Origin: Sphyrna mokarran
Taxonomy: Eukaryota
Assembly: GCA_024679065.1 (NCBI GenBank)
Contig: JAGIQG010000077.1
Coordinates: forward strand, 1-64,000
Length of the DNA stretch: 64,000 bases
Direction of reading: 5' to 3'
The notes beneath the pieces are model-generated. The model was not told where the DNA came from and searched no databases. It saw nothing but the letters and a program-made list of their open reading frames with translations. Below are positions 12,345 through 26,200 of the stretch, piece after piece; position 1 is the first letter of the stretch, and each line of letters starts with the position of its first letter. The position numbers were made by a program, and so were the translations under genes.

Positions 12345-14040
12345 AGTACAAAGAACAACAACAAAGAACAACACAGCACCGGAAACTTCGGCCCAACGAG
12401 CGCGCGCCGCCGTCCTAACGTCTTAATGACATATAGGGACCAATTTGTTACCCAATCAGCTTAAGAGAACATTTTTGGGATGTGGGACGAAACCGGAGCA
12501 CCCGGAGAAAACCCACGCAATCACGGGGAGAACGCGCAAATTCCCACAGACACAGGCCCAAATCCATGTCTCTGCACAGCAACAGCGATAGTCCCTGAGC
12601 TGTCATGGTGCCCATCAGATGGTCCAGTTTAAGCATACACTACCGACGTGAAGCACTAGGCCACTCCTGAAGCAACATCCAAGAGCAGCTCTCGCATGAC
12701 CTGCCGCATGCATGCCCTTGTTGGTCAACAAGGTGAATCGAACATCCTGTGGAAACAAATATGATATTTAAACAGTCCTACTATATCCCTCTATCTGCAG
12801 ACCGTTCATGTGGCTGTCCAAGAGACCCTTAAACAACCCTAGCGTGCCTGCTCCCACCACCTTACTCGGTAGTGCATTCCACACCCCCACTACTCTTTGT
12901 GTGAAAAACTGCCCTCTAATATTCGTCTTATACATAGCCCCCCTCACCCTAAGGCCGTGACCCCTCGTTCTATCCTTTTCTAATGGTGGAAAAAGCTTAC
13001 CACCATTTACTCTATCTATACCCCTCATAATCTTATATACCTCTAATAGATCCCCTCTCAGCCGACGTCTTTCAAGGGAAAACAACCCCAGTGCGTTCAA
13101 TCTTTCCTCGTAAGACAGCCTTTCCATACCAGGCAGCATGCTGGTAAATCTCCTCTGCACTCTCTCCAGGGCCTCCACATTTTTCCGGTAGTACGGCGAC
13201 CAGAACTGGATGCAGTACTCCAAGTGAGGCCTAACCAACGTTCTATACAATTGCAACATTAGACTTCTACTCTTGTATTCTATACCTCTTCCTATGAAGG
13301 CTAACATACCATACGCTTTCTTTATCACATTCTCCACTTGTACTGACACCTTCAGAGACTTGTGAACCTGCACCCCCAGGTCTCTCTGCATCTCTATACT
13401 CCGGATAGTTTTACCTTTTATCCTATAACTCCCCGCTACATTTTTCCGGCCAAAATGCATCACCTCGCATGTATCCGGATTAAATTCCACTTGCCATCTA
13501 TCTGCCCAATCTACCAGCCTATCTATTGTCCTGTTGGATTGGCTGGCACTGCTCCTCATTCCTGCCAATCCAAGCATCTTAGTGTCATCAGCAAATTTGC
13601 TGATCACAGCACCTACCCCCTCTTCCAAGTCATTTATATAAACCACAAATAGAAGAGATCCTAGTACTGAGCCCTGTGGCACGCCGCTAGTGACACACCT
13701 CCAGTTGGAAAAAGAGCCTTCCACTACTACCCGCTGTCTCCTCCTCCCAAGCCAGTTCTCAACCCATCAACATACCTGGCCCTGTATCCCATGCGCCTTC
13801 ACCTTTTCTATCAGCCTACCATGAGGAAACTTGTCAAACGCCTTACTGAAATCCATGTAGACGACATCAACGTCTTGTCCTTCACCAACTGTTTTTGTCA
13901 CCTCTTCAAAAAATTCCACTAGATTTGTAAGGCACGACCTCCCCTTAACGAAGCCATGCTGCGTATCCCTGATCAGATCGCAGCGCTCCAGATGTTCATA
14001 CATCCTGTCCCTGAGGATCCTCTCCATTAGCTTACCAGTC
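12345..14040 (-). mobile_element. CR1 LINE (third subfamily, long 3' UTR, TTCTTTG-type tail)
   Basis: ORFs 13767-14027 and 12768-13724 ([30 protein letters not shown]). Confidence 0.9.
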
Positions 14041-15249
14041 TCCTAAGCATGCCGCCAGTTGCTTTGTCATACAATCATTGAAGTCATGAACGGTACGTTC
14101 CACTAGCCTATGGTTGAAAAGTGATCAGGTGCTGCTAAAATATGTTGGTAACCTTTGGAGAGCATGCATTGTTAGAAATTAGCGCCAGTAAAGTCCTCGC
14201 CGTTTGTAGGAAAACAGTCATCCTGGTATTCCTTCTACACTGGTACCTTGGTATGCCATAATATCTAGATCAATGTCTGAAAAGTAGTGTAGCCCTCTCG
14301 GTGCATCTGCAATCCATTTAAGTAGAAGTGCACCACGATTAAACCCGAGGAACTCATTAATGCCCATAGGCACTCATGGCCCTTCCAAGGCACTCCCAGA
14401 TGTGTAGGAAAGCTAAGGGAGGGCGTATTTGATTTTCCTGGCACCGATCACATTGGTTCACCAACTGTGATAACAACATCTGGAAGATATCTCGGACGAA
14501 GCTCCAAACCAGCGCGTTTTTTCAAATAATCTCAGGGAGACCCTTATTTCGTTGACTTGGAGGCCGTGCGGAGGGCGGAAAAATAATCGGACAGCCGAGG
14601 AGTGACCCCGTCCTCCGCATGAAGTAAGCTTCCTTAATGAGGTATGTTTTCATGTTTCCAAGGATGGTCCTTCGGATCCGCCATGCAGGATCACTGACTA
14701 ATTTTAGGTCAGATAGAATCATTAGAGACGTTAATTTGCACTCTGGCCACTGGAAAGGTCCCCAAAATATTGAGAGCCTTCATTATCCCCTTTTAATGCT
14801 GGTAAGTGAGCCAGGCTTGTGGCAACCAGAGATGTTGCAATGCATCAACATTAACTATCTGGATTCCGGATCGCTGTTCCTGAAGATATTTGCAGGCTGA
14901 CAATAAAGTCGAGCTATATCGGGACAGAGACTTTGGGGAGAAAGGGAGGTGGGACTGGTGGTAGGTGGAGAAAGAATGTGGAATTGCCTTATCCACTTGT
15001 AGAGGCTTAATAGGTATTACAAAGAACAAAGAACAACACCACACGGAAAACACCCAACAAGCCCGCACCACCATTTTAACATTGCGAGTGCACACGTCTA
15101 CCTAAACCTTTGTCTACACCTATTGGGGAATATTTAGGGAAGACTAATTTAGGGACAATTTGATAACACCAATTGTGTTTATGTTTGGTAGCTAATTAAA
15201 TAAACAATCTGAAACTGTTGATGGAAGTTCTGGACACCAAATTCAGCCT

Positions 15250-15390
15250 CGGCTCTGACAAAGGGTTATTCAGAACCCACAGCTCAGAAACGTTGTTCCT
15301 ATTGTCTCTCCACTGATGCTCTCAGACCTGCTGAGATTTTCCAGAATTTCCTGCTTCTATTTCAGATTCCAGCACTAAATTGCTTTCAGC
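15250..15390 (+). mobile_element. Penelope-type short repeat with a decayed hammerhead core
   Basis: ctgacaaagggt...gaaacgtt followed by gatgctctcagacctgctgagattttccag; same family as the arms at 63400-63630. Confidence 0.5.
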
Positions 15391-15719
15391 CAATTTATTA
15401 GAAGTGGCTTTACAACTCTAATCGGCTCTCGGAATCTGTATTGTTGGCTTATTATTCCATCACCTTTTGAAAATTCATTCTGTTGGCTATTTATAGCTGA
15501 AATCACAACCACACCCATTTGCTCAAATCTAGAATTACTAATTTTCCCAGTCTGCTCAGATGCAGACGTGGCGGGTCATGGTCACAAAGCCCTATCATTG
15601 CAGATGTCACCATTACAGATGCCAGATCAGTCTTCTCGAAGGTGTACCTACGGAAAGCGATGGGCTGGGATGGGGTACCAGGATGAGCACTCAGATCCTG
15701 TGCAGATCAGCTGGCGGGA

Positions 15720-16780
15720 ATATTCACAGACATCTTCAGTCTCTCTTTCCAACAGCCTGAAGTCCCTATCTGCTTCAACAATATCATCACCAACCCACTA
15801 CCAAAGTAAAGCCTTAATAAAGCGTGAGGTCCCTATCTACTTCTAGAAGACAATCACCAACCCACTGCCAAAGTGTGCCTTAATAGCTATCGTCATGTGG
15901 CTCTGACATCCATCACTATGAAGATCTTTGAAAGGCTAGTCATGACATAATCAATTCCAGCCTCCCAGACTGCCTGTATCGACGACTTTTTGCCTATCAC
16001 TGCAACCGCTCCGCAGCAGACGTTATCTCTCTAGCCCTGCACTCAATTCTGGAACACAGAGGTAACAAAGGCACCTACGCCAGGCTCCTTTTTTATTGAC
16101 TATAGCTAACCGTCAACACCATTATTCCTACCAAGCACATCTCCAATCTCAATGGCTTGGGCCACGCCCCCTTCCTCTGCCCCTGGATCCTGAACTTACT
16201 AATCCACAGACCACAATCAGTAAGAATAGGCAACAATGCTTGCTGTGATGATCCTCAACACAGGTGCCCCATACGACTGTCTTCTCAGCCCCCAACTATA
16301 CTCCTTATAAACCTATGACTGTCTGGCCAAATTCCCCTCCAGCTCCATTTTTCGAGTTTGCTGATGACATCACGGTCGTCAGTCAGACCTCAAACAATGA
16401 CGAGACAGGATTGTAGGAATGATATCGAGACTCTGGTGAACTGATGCGGCAATAATTATCTCTCCCTCACTGTCAGCAAAACGAAGAAGATTGTCATTGA
16501 CTTCAGGAAGTGTAGCAGAGAACATGCCCCAGTCTATATCAGTGGGAACGAATTTAAACGAGTCAAGATCATTCCTGATATTGCTTTTCTGCTACCATCA
16601 GACTTTGAATGGACCTATCTTGCATTCAGTTGATAGTTGATCTTTCTCTACACCCTAACTCTGACTGTAACACTGCAATCTCACCCTCTACTTTCTTTCT
16701 CTAGTGCTTTGTATGTAGAGCGCATATGAAACAATATCTTTCACTGTATACTCATACATGTGACAATGATAAATCCAATC
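15720..16780 (+). mobile_element. Decayed Rex1/Babar-type LINE RT fragment with 3' end
   Basis: Broken frames reading VALTSITMKIFERLV, YARLLFIDYS, NTIIP, RPQSVRIG, NTGAP, FADD, KTKKIVIDFRK; the 3' end carries an aataaatc-type tail. Confidence 0.8.
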
Positions 16781-16989
16781 AACACATAGACCCGCACACA
16801 GCTAGAATCTCTCTGTCTCTCTCACTCATACAAAGGCGCACACACAGCCGAAATCTCTCTGCCTCCCTCACATACACACGCACAGACGCACACACAAGCA
16901 GAATTTCTCTCGCACACAGGCGTAACCAGGGTCTTTCTCGCTCTCTGAATCACAAGCACACACGTGTAAACGGGCGAACACACACACAC

Positions 16990-17043
16990 CTTTAGCAATG
17001 TACCTTCTGTTGGATACTGTCAGAATAACACAACCAAGTATAC

Positions 17044-17077
<34 letters not shown>

Positions 17078-17587
17078 GCACACACAGAAATAACCTTTAT
17101 CGTTCTCTCTCCCCATCACGCAAACATAGTTTTATCAATCTACCCTTTGCTTGATTATGTTAGAATCACAAACCCCCGCAGACACAGAGACAGCCACAAT
17201 TTATCTGTCTATCTGCCTGTCTTTTTCTTTCACAGACACATGTACACACAAAGAAACACACAGGCCTTTACCAATCTACCCTTTGCTGGAAAATGTCAGA
17301 ATAACACACAAATACATACACAAAATATGCACACACATAGCAACATCTCTCTCTCTCTCATTCTCTGTCACAGACACACACACACACACACACAGACACA
17401 CACACACACAAAACATAAACACGCATGTACCAATCCAGCCTTTCCTGATAATATCAGAATCACATACCCACGCAGACACACAGATAGCCAGAATTCCTCT
17501 CAACCTTTCTCTCTGTTTCTCTTACCCTCTCGTACACAAAAGTACACACACCTTAACCAATCTACCCTCTGCTGGGTAACGTCAGAA

Positions 17588-17631
<44 letters not shown>

Positions 17632-17712
17632 AACACTCTTCCCACTACTGGATGATGTCAGGAACGGACACTTACAAATCCACAATCTCTGCTGGGACTG
17701 TCAGAATTTCAT
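16990..17712. repeat. Compound minisatellite: conserved ~33-bp core separated by variable CA/CT-rich spacers (about 7 units)
   Basis: Variants of caatctaccctttgctggataatgtcagaatcac at about 16996, 17137, 17272, 17431, 17558, 17640 and 17683. Confidence 0.8.
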
Positions 17713-18389
17713 TGGACGCGACATTACCGGAACCAACTTTGTTTAAGATTATTTCGTTGTGTGTTGAGTGTATCACACGCGTTTCACATCACATTGAAAG
17801 TAAGATTTTAGTCTCCACTCGCAGTGGTTCCATTCTTATTGAATACGTTTGTGATTCGCCTCTATTTTATTAGCAGCGTTTTCAATACAGCAACACCCAC
17901 CTCTCAATAAAGAGTCCGGTGCTGCAACCCCGCCTTAAACCTGTAAAACATTTCATATTAGGGAAATATATAAATATAGAAATTAGATTCCTATCTGTTT
18001 ATTCATTGGGTATCAAACACGTATCTGCTTTCACGAGGGATGATGATTAATAAGAAAATAATTAAATTTGGATTAAATAAGATTACTTTTCAAATTGAAA
18101 TATCTAGTCAGTAAACAGAACTATTTGGCTGTTAGACATGACCAATCAATCCANNNNNNNNNNNNNNNNNNNNNNNNNNNNNNNNNNNNNNNNNNNNNNN
18201 NNNNNNNNNNNNNNNNNNNNNNNNNNNNNNNNNNNNNNNNNNNNNNNNNNNNNNNNNNNNNNNNNNNNNNNNNNNNNNNNNNNNNNNNNNNNNNCTGACA
18301 AGAAAATATTAGACTAGAGAGGCATCGGTGTCAGCACAGACTTGGTGGACCAAAGGTTTTGTTTCTGTATTGTAATATTCTTTGTTCTT

Positions 18390-19147
18390 TGCTCACACTC
18401 ATGCTCACAAATACACTGATACACACATATTCACACACACACACACACACACACACACTTCTGTATCCTGTAAGTCTCTGCCGTCCCATGTTGAAAGGGA
18501 AATGTTCCCAATTCCTCACAGTTCATTGCTTCAAAAAAAATGGAAAACGGTTTTCTGGCTCCTCTAGCGGTGAGAGGATTTGCTCTGTATGGGTATTACT
18601 GAAAAAAAAAACTTCTTGCGGGTTCGGAGGGTCAAGCTAACTTCTTGTTGTTTTGAATAACAGCGTCTCCTAATGACGCACACAAACACACACATACAAA
18701 TGCATACACCGACACATGCTCTCTCTCTCTCAGTGACACACACACACACACACATACACAGTCTCTCTCTCACACACACACAGCCACAGACACTCACAAA
18801 CACTTGCACATACACTTATACATTCACACACACGCATTCATACANNNNNNNNNNNNNNNNNNNNNNNNNNNNNNNNNNNNNNNNNNNNNNNNNNNNNNNN
18901 NNNNNNNNNNNNNNNNNNNNNNNNNNNNNNNNNNNNNNNNNNNNNNNNNNNNNNNNNNNNNNNNNNNNNNNNNNNNNNNNNNNNNNNNNNNNNNNNNNAA
19001 AATATTAGACGAGAGAGGAATCAGTGTCAGCACAGACTTGGTGGGCCGAAGGGTTTGTTTCTGTATTGTAATATTCTTTGTTCTTTGTTCACACTCATGC
19101 ACATAAATACACTGATACACACATGTACACACACACACACACAAAGA

Positions 19148-19180
<33 letters not shown>

Positions 19181-19480
19181 TGTTAAACATATATAAACGC
19201 ATACATACACACTCATGCACTTAAACACATTCTCAAACGCACTGACATTCTGACGTGCACACACACACACTCATACATGTATACACACTCATGCCCACAC
19301 TTATAGACACTCAGACAAAAAACAGACATACACTCGCGCACATACACACAGATAAATTCATACACTGACACACACTCACACTTACATATTAAGCTGATTC
19401 ACTGACACACACACTTACTCACACTTCCTCACATATAAACACACTCTCTCATACACTGATATACACTCGAACACTTACAC
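18390..19480. repeat. Degenerate (CA)n/(CT)n tract spanning the gap at 18845-18998
   Basis: Read directly from the sequence. Confidence 0.9.
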
Positions 19481-21459
19481 TTGATGTCTGCGAAATGTCA
19501 CATAGAATCCCTCAGTTTATTAATTGAAGCATTTAGTCTTAAATCAATCAAGTTTGGATAAGCACTTATGAAACATTGCTTGCATATATTTTCCACGTTT
19601 CCTTCAGTTCCAAACACCAAAGTTCTGGAATGATATTAGCATTTTCGGAAAACTCCTGAACATATTAAAGGAGAGCAATGCCAGTCAAAGTAGAGCGTTT
19701 GGGGAAGTCGATATTGAGTTGACATTGCTCTCCAGAGAAACTTGGGTGGAAATATGAAAGAGATGTGTAACACCATGGAAGCGGTGTTTGAGGGAGGGAA
19801 TATTTGATTGTAAAATGCTCGACATAAGGATACCGAGCGGCTAACATTTTAATGTAAGTTTTAAGGATGAAATGGGCATTTAAATAATGTAGTAATGATA
19901 GTTTCAAAATGAATGGCTGATCACCCTGCTAGAATTAAATTGTATAACTCAAGGACTGATTGTGTCAGTAAGTTAGCTAAAACAAATATAACCGGAATGA
20001 TAGGCAGTGGAACAGCTTGATCTTGAGTTTGGACACAGCTCGGCACAACATCGAATGGCCGAAGGGCCTGTACTGTGCTGTACTGTTTTATGGTCTACGT
20101 AACTTAAACTTGGGATGATTATGAAATCGGGCATTGATTAAAGGGACAAATAATGTAATTTTGTATTGGGTACAGAGACTCCAACCTGGGAATTCTGCCG
20201 GAATATCGATTTCAGATAATGTTCTTTCAGGATTAACTGCCAATATTCAATTGGATGTCCAAAACTAGGGTAGATCCAGTTAAGTTTGGGGCACATTTAA
20301 TCTTGCAGATTGCATATTCATGCAGCAGAAATCTCAAACCAGTTGCTCACATTCCTGTTCTGCCCTTAATACCATCTCCAACGCAAACAAACACACCCTA
20401 AAAACGTTCCTGTGAATTAGCTGAAGAGCCGCCGGAAACATATTTGTTCCAAATCCTTATAGAAACCGAATTACACAGGTAACATTTGGTATTGAAGACC
20501 TTCTTCTATATTTAGTTAACTCGGATATTGATACATTTTTAACTATTTCTTGCACAATTACAGTAGTAAATGCAGAATAGAATTTTAAAACCCGCTATCA
20601 GAAATTAGAAGCATTGAGAGGTGAAATTGCATTGCAGGCGATATTCCATCTTATAATGGTGGACATTAAGAGAAAGTTCATTTCCGCTTTGGTCGCCATC
20701 ATAATATTGAGCCCCCAGTCCGTCCGAATTCGTACCGGCCGCACTTTCGGAATTCTCCTTGCAAAAATAAGAATGTTTCAACGACACTATAAAACCCGGA
20801 AACACACGGTGAGTTCTCTGTGTCCCTCTCTTTTCTCGCCAGTTAAGGTTTTGGATCCTCGTTAAAGGCCAGGCGAGCGTAAAGTGTCTGTGGATGAAAA
20901 GTGATCTGTTAGCGTGATACACACCATTATTATAGTGACAGGTGAGACCATTGAGTCCCCCCACTCCTCCGCGTCCCCTCCACTGCATTCAATCGGTTCA
21001 TGGCTGCAAGGTAACTCAACTCACAGTCACCCACTAATATTGAATAATCCTTAATCCCTCCCTAATGTAAATCTAACTGTCGCATCTCCAGAGTTCCAAT
21101 TGCCCAATGCTCTATGTAGCTTTTTAGTGACCAGAATTCCGCCTCGCGTTCTGTGAAGATTTATTATTGTCACATATATGAGTATGCATTAATATGTAAT
21201 GATTCTTGCCCAGTGTACAGACAAAGTTTATCGTGTGTGGAGAATGAAAGGAGAAGGTGCAGATTATAGTGTTACAGTGATAGAGAGGCTTGAAGAGAAA
21301 GTTCAACGTAATATGAGACAGGTCAATTCTAATGTCTGATGGCAGCAGGGAAGGAGCTATCCTTGTGTGACCTCAGAATTATATCTCTTTTTCCCCGAAG
21401 GAAGAAGGTGGAGAAATAAAGCGTATCCGGGATCCTTGTTAATGGTGGCTGTTTATATA

Positions 21460-21960
21460 GAAACATAGAAGATTGCAGCAGGGAGAGGTCATTTGGCCCT
21501 TTGAGTCTGCTCCAGCATTCATTATGATCATGATTGATCGTCCAGCCCAATCGTCTAATCCTACTTTCTCCCCATAAACTTCGCTCCCAAGTGCTATATC
21601 CAGTCGCCTGTTGAACATATTGAATGTTTTGGCATCAACTACTTCCTGTGATAATGAATTCCACAGGCTCACCGAGTGAAGAAATGTCTCCTCACCTCCG
21701 TCCTAAATGGTCTATCCCAAAACCTCAAACTGTGGCCCCTGATTCTGGACTCCCTCCACTATCGGGAACATCCTTCCTGTATTTACTCTGTTTAGCCCTG
21801 ATAGAATTTTAGAAGTCTCTATGAAATCACCCCCCATTCGTCTGAACTGCAGTGAAAACAACTTCAAACTAGTCAATCTCTCCTCATACATGAATCCCGC
21901 CATTCCTGGAGTGAGCCTGGTAAACCTTCGCTGCACTCCCTCCAGAGCCAGAATTTCATT
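21460..21960 (-). mobile_element. Old CR1 3' fragment
   Basis: LEGVQRRFTRLTPGMAG..YEERL; WNSLSQEVVDAK. Confidence 0.85.
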
Positions 21961-22339
21961 CCAAAGTGAGTGCATTTGGTATGTCTCCTGGTCTGCCCAA
22001 GACTACAAGAATTGGAAAGTCCCATTATTCAAATCAGCCTCCCCTCCATTGAGTCTGTCTACACGTCCTGTTGCCTCGGGGAAAGGCAGCCAACATAATT
22101 AAGGACCTCGCCCACCCTCCCACACGCACCCCGGACATTCTGTCTTCCACCTTCTTCCATTGGGAAAAAGATACAAAAGTCTGAGTTCAAGTACCAACCC
22201 ACTCAAGAACAGGTTCTTCTGTGCTGCTGTCAAACTTCTGAAGGGATCTACCTCGCACAAAGTTGATCTTTCTATCTTTCTCTAAATTCTGGGTATGATT
22301 GTAGCACTATATTCTCCACTTTCTCCTTTACTTCTCAAT

Positions 22340-22690
22340 GAACGGTATGCTTTCTCTATGTAGTGCGCAAGAAGCAATACTTTTCACTGTATCCCATACA
22401 TGTGACAGTAATAATCCAAACCTATGTACTCAATGAACGGTATGCTTTGTTTTGCGAGCAAGAAACAATACTTTTCACTGTACTCTGATGCATGTGAGAA
22501 TAATAAACCAAACCTATGTACTCAATGAACGGTATGCTTTGTCTGTATAGCGCGCAACAACAACGCTTTTCACTGAATCCCAAAACATGTGCCAATAATA
22601 AATCTAATCTATGTACTCTGTGAATGGTATGCTTTGGCTGTGTAGTGTGCAAAAAACAATACTTTTCACTGTCTCCCAACGCACGTGCGG
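22340..22690 (+). repeat. Tandem ~95-bp copies of a LINE 3' end (about 4 copies)
   Basis: Unit ctatgtactc..gaacggtatgctttg..caagaaacaatacttttcactgt..catgtgacaataataaa. Confidence 0.85.
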
Positions 22691-22832
22691 TTCCTGATAG
22701 AAAGGGGGATTTAAACTGAAATTTAAAATGGATTAATTTTACACCGAACCCGCTCAGAATTATCAATAAGTCGGTGATAAATGTGTGGATTGAGAGCGCC
22801 GCGGAGTAACAGATTCCCCCCAAAATGTCTAC

Positions 22833-22922
22833 CTCTCTGCCGGTTCCTGCAGATCCTTCTTCCGGCCACAAGGGCCAATCCCAGAAGGAGAAGTGCTGCG
22901 ACCGACAAACCCCCGGAAAACA
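22833..22922 (-). CDS. Gene B transmembrane exon (VFSGGLSVAALLLLGLALVAGRRICRNRQR)
   Basis: Acceptor gatttag|, donor G|gtaga, 90 nt, phase 1-1. About 20 hydrophobic residues followed by a basic stop-transfer stretch; the first such exon downstream of the B C1 exon. Confidence 0.75.
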
Positions 22923-23259
22923 CTAAATCACAGGTGAGCGAGAACGGAGAATCTGCAAAAAAAAACTAAACTTTCAGTCAGCAGAAATCAAGTGTGGAAA
23001 TAATTGAACAAACAAGGATGTTGTTCAATTTAACTGTCCAATTTAACCGAAAAATGAGAAAAAAATTGCACACTTTCCCTTCATGTAATAGAGTTGCATT
23101 TTTACAATAGAACACGAGGCGCGGCAGAAAGAGATAGTGACAGAAAGACTGAACACTTTTTGAATAGGGCACACAGAGAGATGGAGGAAGAGAGTGGAAG
23201 ATTCAGGCAGAGAATAATCATGTCACCCTATAATGCAGAAGAAGACCATTCGGGCCATC

Positions 23260-26200
23260 GAGTCATGGCTGAGGGTCTGGAGCAGGGGGCAGGGCTTCAA
23301 GTTCATAGATCATTAGGACCTCTTTTGGGGCAGGTGTGACTTGTACAGTAAGGACGGGTGGCACTTGAACCCTAGAGGGACTAATATCTTGGCAGGTAGA
23401 CTAGCTAGGGCTACTGGGGGATCTTTAAACTAGAAAAGCTGGGGGGGAGGGGTGGGAATACCGATGGGACGGTGAATAAGGAGGTTCGTTCCCAGGTAGG
23501 GAAGGACTGTAGGCACTCTGAAAGGGGGGTTAGGCAAGTGGTGGAAAAGTGAAATATCCTGACTGAGGGGCTGAGGTGTGTCTATTTTAACGCCAGGAGT
23601 AAATAAGGTAGATGAGCTCAGGGCGTGGATTGCTGCTTGGGAATGTGATGTGGTGGCCATTACAGAGACTTGGTTGTCTCAGGGACAGGACTGGGTACTC
23701 CAGGTGCCAGGATTCAGGTGCTTCAGGAGGGACAGGGTTAGGGGCAAAAGAGGAGGTGGTGTGGCACTGTTGATCATGGACAATGTCATGGCTGTAGAGA
23801 AGGTGGAAGACGTGGAGGGATTGTCTACGGAGTCTCTGTGGGTGTAAGTTAGGAACAGCAAAGGCTCGATAACTTTGCTGGGTGTATTCTATAGGACGCC
23901 CAATAGCGACAGGGAACTTGAGGTGCAGATAGGGAAACAGATCCTAGACAGATGTAGAAATAATAGGGTTGTCGCGATGGGAGATTTCAATTTCCCAAAC
24001 ATCGACTGGAATATCCCAAGGGGTTTGGATGGTGTGGAGTTTGTAAGGTGTGTTCAGGAAGGTTTCCTGACACAGTACGTGGAAAAGCCTACGAGAGGAG
24101 AGTCTGTACTTGACCTGGTGCTAGCTAATGAGTCCGGGGAGGTGTCGGATCTCACGGTAGGTGAGCATCTTGGGAATGGAGATCATAATTCTGTCTCTTT
24201 CACGATAGCGATGGAAAGAGATAGGATCAGGCAGGCTAGGAAGGTGTATGTCTGGAGTAAGGGGAAATATGACAACATTATGCACTTTGGCAGGAACAAT
24301 AAATGTGTAGAGTATAGGGCTAATGGTAGGGCTCTTAATAGTGTTGAGGAACAGAAGGATCTTGGTGTATGTGTCAATAGATCCCTGAAAGTAGGCAGTC
24401 AAGTGGATAAAGTTGTTAAGAAGGCATATGGAGTCTTAGCTTTTATTGGTAGGGGGATTGAATTTAGGAGCCGCAGCATCATGTTGCAACTGTACAAAAC
24501 TCTAGTGCGGCCGCACTTGGAGTATTGTGTGCAGTTCTGGTCCCCACATTATAAGAAAGATGTGGAGGCATTGGAGAGGGTACAGAGGAGGTTTACCAGG
24601 ATGTTGCCTGGTATGGAGGGCAGGTCCTATGAAGAGAGGTTGAAGGATTTGAGGTTGTTTTCGTTAGAAAGGAGGCGGCTAAGAGGGGATCTTATTGAAG
24701 CATATAAGATGATTAGAGGTTTAGATAGGGTGGACAGTGATAGCCTTTTTCCTAGGATGGAGAAAGCTAGCACGAGGGGACACAGCTTTAAATTAAGGGG
24801 TATGAGTTATAGGACGGATATCAGAGGTAGGTTCTTTACTCAAAGAGTGATTAGGGAGTGGAATGCCCTGCCTGCAGCTGTTGTAGATGCGCCAAGTTTG
24901 GTGGCGTTTAAGAGGTTAATTGATAAGTATATGGAAGAGAAGGGAATGGTTTAGTTTGGAGGGGCATTGCTTTTTATTTTGGTCGGCACAACATCGAAGG
25001 CCGAAGGGCCTGTTCTGTGCTGTAATGTTCTATGTTCTATGTTCTATTAGGCAGGTAATTGGACGCATAAACTGGAAGGAGGTGTTCTTGGGGAAGATTA
25101 CAGAAGGAAAGTGGCGGTTTTTCAAGGAATGTTTGTCTGGGGCACTGCAAGACAACGTCCCGAGGAGTCAAGGAGGTTCTGGTAGGACGCGAGAACCGTG
25201 GTGCACGAAGGTAGTGGTGAACCGAGTTAGGAAGGAAAAAAAGGTATATAAAAGATTCAGAGAGCTAGGGGATGTTAGGGATCCAGAGGAGTATAAGGTG
25301 TGTAGAAGGGAACTTAAAAAGGAAATTGGGAGAGCCAGAAGGGGTCATGAGAAGGCCTTGGCAGGTAAAATTAAGGAGAATCCCAAGGCCTTCTACAAAT
25401 ATGTGAAAAGTAAAAGGATGAGAAGAGAAGGGATAGGGCCTACAAATGGTGAAGGGAGAAAAGTCTGTGTGAATCCGGAAGAAATGGCAGAAGTATAACG
25501 AATATTTTGCCTCGGTATTCACAGTGGAAAATGAACTGGGAGATTGCACTGCAGGTTTGAGGCAAATGGAAAAGATTGAGCATGTGGATATTAGGAAAGA
25601 GGATGTGTTAGACCTGTTAAATTGTACCAAGATAGACAAGTCGCCAAGACTGGATGGGATGTATCCCAGGTTATTGTGGGAGGTGAGGGAAGTGGTTGCA
25701 GAGCCCCAGGCGATGATCTTTGCGTCGTCCATGGAAACGGGAGAGATTCTGGAGGATTGGAGGATTGCGGATGTGGTTCCTATCTTTAAGAAAGGGAACA
25801 GGGATAGTCCAGGAAATTACCGACCGGTGAGTTTGACTTCAGTGGTTGGTAAGCTGATGGAAAGGCTTCTGACGGATAAGATATATGAACATTTGGAGAA
25901 GTTTGGACTGATAGGAAATAGTCAGCATGGTTTTGTCAAGGGCAGGTCATGCCTTACAAGCCTAGTTGAGTTCTTCGAAAGTGTGACTGAACACATTGAC
26001 GAAGGAAGGGCGGTGGACGTAGTGTACATGGACTTTAGTAAGGCGTTTGATAAGGTCCCACATGCAAGGTTTCTGGAGAAGGTGAGAGGGCATGGGATCC
26101 AAGGGGCTTTGGCCTTGTGGATCCAGAACTGGCTTGCCTGCAGAAGGGAGAGAGTGGTTGTGGATGGGTCTTGTTCTGCATGGAGGTCGGTAACCAGTGG

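Noticed and set aside
16990-17712. CRISPR-like repeat-spacer array
   Set aside because: Vertebrate DNA, degenerate cores, low-complexity spacers of uneven length, no cas genes.
16726-19144. His/Thr- or Cys/Val-rich ORFs, and ORFs with X runs
   Set aside because: Translations of (CA)n tracts and assembly gaps.
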